Below are positions 57,243 through 64,000 of a stretch of DNA of 64,000 nucleotides, one piece after another. This DNA is from Ruditapes philippinarum. Taxonomy: Eukaryota. The notes beneath the pieces are model-generated. The model was not told the DNA's origin. It saw nothing but the letters and a program-made list of their open reading frames with translations, and made no database searches. The stretch is from the NCBI RefSeq assembly GCF_026571515.1, contig NW_026866764.1, positions 248,001 to 312,000 on the forward strand. Reading direction: 5' to 3'. The translations under genes and the position numbers were made by a program. Numbering within the stretch: position 1 is the first letter of the stretch; each line of letters begins with the position of its first letter.

Positions 57243-60200
57243 AACTGATAATTTGTATTTTAATATAACAAAAATATAACTATTTTTTATAGATGTTGCA
57301 GCATATTTTTGTTACATTGTGATTAAATATCTGGTTCAGAAAGCAATTCAATATTTGTTATTTATTTTGTTATTTGTTGTTTTGATACAATATCTGACAT
57401 TGAGATTGCTGTTTCTATTTTGCTTATATCGTGAATTTGGAAACAAGCATAGCTTTGAGCATTTCTCATGATTTTTCTTGCTTTGAAATGAGAACAGTCG
57501 AAATCAATTTTAGATTTAATTAAATTTTAATAGTTTAATATCAGAACATTCAATGATATAGTGCTTGGTAAGAGTGTATGGATGTGCAGGCTGGTCTGGC
57601 TGTGTTTTGGTTGCATGCTTAAGTCACAATCGCCACCTTTATTAGAGCTCAGTTAAGTTTAGTTATAGTCTGTAGGTTGACTGTTAATCTACTGAGAATC
57701 TCAAAAGCTAACAATAGAGATTCTCAGCGAAATGTAGGTATAGACTATTTTTTGGTTTATATGATTCTTATTCCTAGCTACAATTGCATCCCTTGTAAAG
57801 ATATATACTTGAATAAATTGACTAACTTGAATCAATTGGAACATCTGACCGAATATCAATCATCTCAACTACAATAGAGTTTGGAGGTAAGTCTACCATG
57901 TGACTTTTGATGAAAACAAATGGGTGCAATATTCGCATAATGAGTAACAAATGCATTTATTTGTGATCTGATGAAACATCATGTATAGTTTGGTAATATG
58001 TTTGACAATCAAATCAATTTTAGACGTCCCAAAGGATTTCAGACATTTGATGTAATGATATGCTTGACGCTTGTTGTCCGTCTGTCAATCCATCAGCAAC
58101 TTAAATTAAGTGTCTGCTATATATCGTTGAATGGAAGAAATTAAACTACTTGGCATAAATTTCATACCATTAGGATTACGTATTATTATTTTATGTAAAA
58201 TCAAAGTAATGTAATATTTGTTTTCGAGATACTTGTGCCTGTAATAATAAGTAGACAATATTCGATAGCTGGTGCTGGTAGATTTATTCTTTTTTCAATC
58301 AATTTACTATGTATCAAATACAATACAAAACATAAAACATCATTCATAAAGAATTCATACATGTAATGTATATGTATCTGAATTTATCAATATTATAAAT
58401 GATTTCATATTTTTACTTATACGTTTCATTCTGATATTTCAAAATCTATCAAACGAAATTTGATAGCAATATAGATTTATAATATCAAACAAAACAAGAT
58501 TATTTAAGTTAGGAGTGGTAAAATTACATATAAGTACTCGCAAGACACATAAACATTACCGAAATGTTTTACTCGAGATCATGTTTTCTTTAAACAACAA
58601 AATTACTAACTAATTGACAAATAAAATCATAAACTTGGTAAAAATTATCGCAATTATTTGGCAATTTTGAATTTTAAAAGTATTTACAAAATATATCTAA
58701 ATAAATAAGAATGATTAAAAGTAAATAATGTCTTTAACATATTACAGGAATACATTTTTTTCTGTGAATCTTAATGTTCATCATAAATCGGTAAAGGTAA
58801 AAAAAAAATAATCTTAATTTTGCAAAATACTATGCTTGTAACATAACTTCAGTATGCAAAAATGTACAGTAAACGATTTAAACCTAGTGTGAAATCAAAT
58901 TACAAAGTTTGTAACTAAGTAAGATATAAAAAACATAAAATGAATTTAAACAGACCAGAAAATAAAATACCTGTAATAATAAGTAGATATTATTTGATCT
59001 CTGGTAGATTTTTTTTCAATCAATTTACTATTATGACTGCCAGCGTGCTGCCCAAGCTTACATACAGGTATCTGATATCTCATGTAATACTTTGAATGGT
59101 GAAAAGACTTTAACTTCTACTTTGAATTATTCATTTGCTTTATGTCACTTTTACTTTGTGTATTAATTTGTATTTACTACAAGGTATTTCTCTACAAAGT
59201 GTAGTATGTTATGTAAAATTTACAGACATGTTTCTTGCTTATTTACTTTTTATACACCTGTTCCAATCAATATTTCAATAAGAAACAAATGAGTCATCAT
59301 TTTACATGTTTTAAAATGATATCATTAAACATGTTAAAAGCAGAAGTTATTGTTGTTGTTGTATTAAATATGTGGACAATTTCTGGCTGATCTTTCAAAT
59401 CAAAGTAAATGAAAAATGTATGAACCTGTTGGTACGTATTTTGAGAAAATTGCAATATAGTTTAAGGGGAAATCTTATTACCCAATAAGAGAAATATGGT
59501 AAAAAGATAAATAAGTAAAGTTTAAAAAAAAACATCATTTATGCATAACAAAATGAACTTATCTTATACTTGTAAACACTTGCATAAAATTGTCATAACT
59601 TTATATAAAAAATAATACTAATTTTATACTTCTTTATATAAATGTTGGATATAATGAGGTGATGTATAAAGGGCAGGTTTTTTATTACTCTGATCAATTG
59701 CAGGTAAGCAACATTTACAATTCATATATCATACCCATACATGTACATATATTAATGCTTCATTTGATTTTTCAACTTGTAAGTCTTCCAATCTATAATT
59801 TTGTACCACCAGAGATTAGCCAAATTATCTTCCCTGTTTCGGCTCCCATGACTTAATATGTGTTGGACTGTACGGACGCTGTTAAACCAACCAACCATAT
59901 AAACAAACTTTGTCACAATCAATATTGTAGGATAAATTCAAACATGACTTGATTAAACTCATCAATATTTTCATATTGCTACATTTTACGTTGCCATAGA
60001 ATGAATGCATTTTGTATGAATACAAAGAACAACAGCAAGAAACTTGCGAGGGCTCTTTTTACAGTAAAAATCACACATTTCGCATAATATTTAAGCAGTA
60101 TTTAATAATAAAAAAGCACGTACTATAACTTAAGAAAGTGATACTAAACGAATTAATTTCAAAATGATCAAAAATGTTTAAATTATAAATCTATTTCACT

Positions 60201-60878
60201 CACAGAATCTAATTTATACAGCATACAACTTAGTTAAAATCAATTTTAGTTAAAATCAATTTTGTATTTAATCGTAATGCAACAATATGAAATACATTGA
60301 AAATCAACATTATTCTCATATATTCACAATGAATTAAGCTTGCAACATTACATCTTATGTAGTCATATTGTCAGGATAACTGAGTTTTTGTTGTCTTTTA
60401 TTTAGAGCTTCAATAAATAACTAGAAAAATACTTTTGTGCTGTCAGATAGTCAATGATATCTGTAGTAAATGATAACAACAAAACAGTTTCTGCCTTTAA
60501 AATGATGTTACTTAAAAATCTTCTAAACAAAACATACAAAAATAATGATCATGCCATGGGTCTGAAAGACAGAAATATGTTACAAGAACATAGATGGATT
60601 TTAACTCGACTTTTTTTGGAAGATAAAAATAGAAGTATTGTAACAGTCATGTCGGGGTTGCCGTGTCATCGCCGATGATGATCATAACTTTTCTCTTAGT
60701 GTCTAAATTATGCTTGATTTTTGCTGATTTTTGCTATTTGTGGCTAAGACAGTGATTTTTGTTGTCTTTTTTTGTGTGTGGAGGTTCCACATTTTATGTT
60801 TGAATAATGCTTTTACTTATGAATCAAATTATTCTTAAATCATACGAAATTGTTTTTTGTAGGCTTTAACTTAACATT

Positions 60879-62803
60879 CTAGATATCATACACTTCAATG
60901 TTGTCGTCTCCCCGTTTTCTTATACACATCTTAGTCATTTGTTGATTACAACAGACTAACGTTATTCCCCATTTTCCACTCATTCTAATCAGCACAGACA
61001 AAATTCTCGTTTTTCGATTATCAGCTTTAAATTGTATTATCTCTCCTATCAGTTCACCATCACATGTAAACTGTAAAACATTATTAGAGTCCAATCCTGA
61101 TACCAGCACACTGCCTGCTTCAGTGAGATAACAACAGTTAGCCTTCTTTAATTGTTCATCATCAAATGATGTTATAACCTTGCCATTGTTGTCCAGTACT
61201 ATCAGTCCATTATTATAGTCAGCAACATAAATTCTTGTAGCATCCTGACTGACAGCTATACTGCGTATGTTAGTGAACAGCTTATGTCCTGACTGATCCT
61301 TACTGAACTGGTTAAGCTCAATACCAGACAATGTATACATATATACTGATATGTAACCATCTGAAATATATAAAGTATTGTTAGCATATGCAATACCATA
61401 ACAGTCAAAAGCGGTGTTAATCTTGTTTGTTGATTTCATTTGTCCTTCTAATGAAATGAAATGAACTTCCTTTTTTGATGGCATGGTTACTGCTACTTGT
61501 GTGTTTTTGATAATACACACTTGCCATGGCACGTCAGGTAGATCACAATACTCAGTGACAGTATAGTTATAACTGTGTAATAGTTTTAGCTTGACGTTGT
61601 TGTAATCAGCTAGAATTATTGTACCATCTTCCATACAACAGGCACTTGTGATATAACAATTGTTTTTATCAGACTTAATTTTTACATTATATGATTTATT
61701 TTCTTAAATCTGAAATAAACTGACAGAAGTCTTTGTATGTTTCTTTGCTAATGTGCCCAGGGTTTTCTTTTCTTCTAGCTGCGTAGGAATTGTTATATCA
61801 GGTTGATATTCTATGTCTTCTGTTGTACATTGTAATTCTGAATCATCTATATATTTGTAGGCAACAGTTGCAGCATCTTCTGCCATCTTCACATAAACAA
61901 ACACTTCAGATTGATTTGTGTTTGTAGATGTTAACTTATCATTTATTGATGTAATCCTGGATTTGTTTGCTTGTAGCTGTTTGAGACTATCTTTAATCTT
62001 GTCTTCAAGACTTTTGACTTTATCTTCTATCTCATTTATAGAACTTTTCTCCAGCTTGTCAAGATGGTCGTTGATTTCTTGACGGAATTTTCTAATATCA
62101 GCCAGTATTTCTGCTTTTCTCTTTAGCAGCCTTTGTTTATCCTGTTTAAATCTATCAGCTTTTTCTGCAAGGATGGTATCTAAGGCTTTCAGTTTTGTTT
62201 GAATTTCTCTGGTTGCAACTACTTGGTAAGTATTGTTTTGGATAAATTCTGGTATGTAGAATGTATCTTTGCATAATCTGAAAAATAAGTTTATACAGTT
62301 TATGTATATCAGGCTATGAGATGACTGAGGAGATGATATGTTTTTATTTTCTGTATCAAAACAGTATCTAAGATAGAATATTATGTTAAAACTTTTAAGT
62401 ACCTACTAATCATTCCATATATAAATTGAGAAAATAATCTTTGTTTAAGGAGTAAATTTTACCTATGATCAACTGCCATACATGTAGAACAGCCAACAGT
62501 ATCATGTTTCTGACAGTACATATCAATGTGTTTATGACTGTGTCTGTCACATCTCTCTGTCGGTGCCCTCGGCAGACCTTTGCTGGTTCTTGACTTGATC
62601 TGAGATTTATCTAGCACCTTGTGACCAGCACATAAAGGCACTTTACTGTGAACTTTGACACAACTAACACAGAAATAATCTTTACAATCTACACAGTATT
62701 GTTCACCTTCAGTGTTTTTGCCTTGATTTTTACACATTGAACATAATACATCAAATGCTTCATCGGAAAGAATATCCGTATCTATTTGTCCACCCTCCGC
62801 CAT
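60879..62803 (-). pseudogene. RING-less TRIM-like gene (2 B-boxes, coiled coil, NHL/6-bladed propeller-like) with one in-frame stop
   Basis: Exon 62803-62463 (MAEGG, CSMC..YCVDCKDYFCVSCVKVH..H, CDRH..YCQKHDTVGCSTCMAVDHR) splices in phase 2 to exon 62277-60879. That exon is open except for TAA at 61706-61704, after which the same frame continues (ENKSYNVKIKSDKNNCYITSACCMEDGTIILADYNN). Confidence 0.88.
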
Positions 62804-63491
62804 ATTGTTGTCTTGTTAAAATCTGTTCGTTTAGTTGATTTACACTGTGTTTCTAAATTGATAAACGTTGTCCAAGTTTATTTTCAATGTCATATTAAAC
62901 ATAATAATTCATAATAAAACTTATATCACAATCTCCAACTTTAAAAAAAAAAACATCTCTTATATTCCTTTCATAATATCCTACTCTTAATACCTTTCAA
63001 GTTAATAACTATATTTGCCATTCAATCGATTTATGGTTGCTATGAATGAACAAAGGCGCTGTCATACCTCTGTGCACAAAGTGTAACTTTATCTCACGAA
63101 AGAATATCCAATTTCAGTTAAATTTTAAGGTACAGATAATTTATATACATGATATGCATGTAGTGTTTGTTTAACGTACAAACATATAATTCGGAAGAAA
63201 ATAACAGAAATATTTTTGAAAGAAATATTTTGTCATGAAATAATCAAATAATAGAATATTAATTGTATCAATGATTGTTTCTTGTTGAATAACAAACCTG
63301 ATCTAGGCCAAGCAAATGACATATTTATTACGAATTTCTTCTTATTGATTCACAGGATCTGGACATCTCAAAAAAATGAGCTAGTGTGATACAGTTTTTT
63401 ACTGTTAATAGTTCTATTTTATATTATTTATTATATTGGACAGATTAATCAATGCAGAGAAGATTCCATTGCATAACATCAGTAGTGTAAA

Positions 63492-63672
63492 GGGGATGGT
63501 TGCCTAGCGGTTAATGTGCCTGCCTTTCAACCCAGAGATCATGGGTTCGAGCCTTACTCGGGTCACGGACATGTTTCATCATAAGACACCAGTACTGTTT
63601 AGTTTAAGGAAGCGGACTCGAAATTGATAAATATAAGTTGCAAGTATTTGTTTCGCAATCAAAATAAATAAA
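63492..63672 (+). mobile_element. tRNA-derived SINE
   Basis: GCCTAGCGGTTAA...GGGTTCGAGCC...CAGTACTG...GGAAGCGGACTCGA...CGCAATCAAAATAAATAAA. The tail resembles that of the 34920 SINE. Confidence 0.8.
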
Positions 63673-63681
63673 CAACTGGTT

Positions 63682-64000
63682 AACTCGAAATGTGTCCATA
63701 GGACAAGGGTGCCCCCCACACACACATTCCACTGATTTGTCAATACTATGACTCTAGGTCAAATATCTTTTGTGCTACACGTGCCAAAAATTGAAAACTA
63801 AAAAACTTTTACTAAGTAAAGGGCAAGAACTTTACAACTACTGAATACATACTGGATACATCAACAATCAAACCCCAGGTGCACAACTACACATGCTGAC
63901 AAACATTTATGTTAACTGTTTAATTTCATGACTCTAGGTTAAATATTTTTTGAGCTACGCACGACAAAAAATGAAAATTGCAAATTTTAAGTCAAAGGCA
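63682..64000 (-). mobile_element. Helentron-type (HINE) element end with ~180-bp core repeats, runs off window
   Basis: AAATGTGTCCATAGGACA hairpin-like end. TGACTCTAGGT(C/T)AAATAT...GCTAC repeated at ~63749 and ~63929. Confidence 0.65.

Noticed and set aside
57820-57970. Possible additional minus-strand exon upstream of EPDR
   Set aside because: It has plausible splice-like sites but no convincing reading frame or motif, and EPDR already has its signal peptide in the 55189 exon.

Overview
AT-rich, intron-containing animal genomic DNA. The repeat families and gene content point to a bivalve mollusc, probably a venerid-type clam (inference). The window holds five actin-family loci with intronless CDS: two very divergent copies with altered nucleotide-binding loops (<1-710, 9069-10226), a head-to-head pair of 379-aa actins (41954-43093 minus, 46272-47411 plus) and a pseudogene (49900-50790). 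Between the two actin groups lie two tandem 8-exon CRAL-TRIO (alpha-TTP/clavesin/pinta-like) paralogues. A 5-6-exon ependymin-related gene that the ORF track fragments lies at about 51.5-55.2 kb (minus), and a B-box/coiled-coil/NHL-like TRIM gene with one in-frame stop lies at 60879-62803 (minus). Transposons are dense and nested: a decayed ISL2EU element (THAP-HTH-DDE transposase plus convergent YqaJ nuclease), P-like and Kolobok-like MITEs, Helentron-type non-autonomous elements and tRNA-derived SINEs, one of which has seeded a 48-bp satellite. The most unusual signal is a class of elements built as [long terminal hairpin]-[IR]-body-[IR]. Their hairpin mismatches are strand-specific (CGAG/CGAG tandem G.A, G.T pairs, GC-GNA-GC loops), and one member retains a Crypton-type tyrosine recombinase remnant. 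All calls were made by eye and no searches were run.
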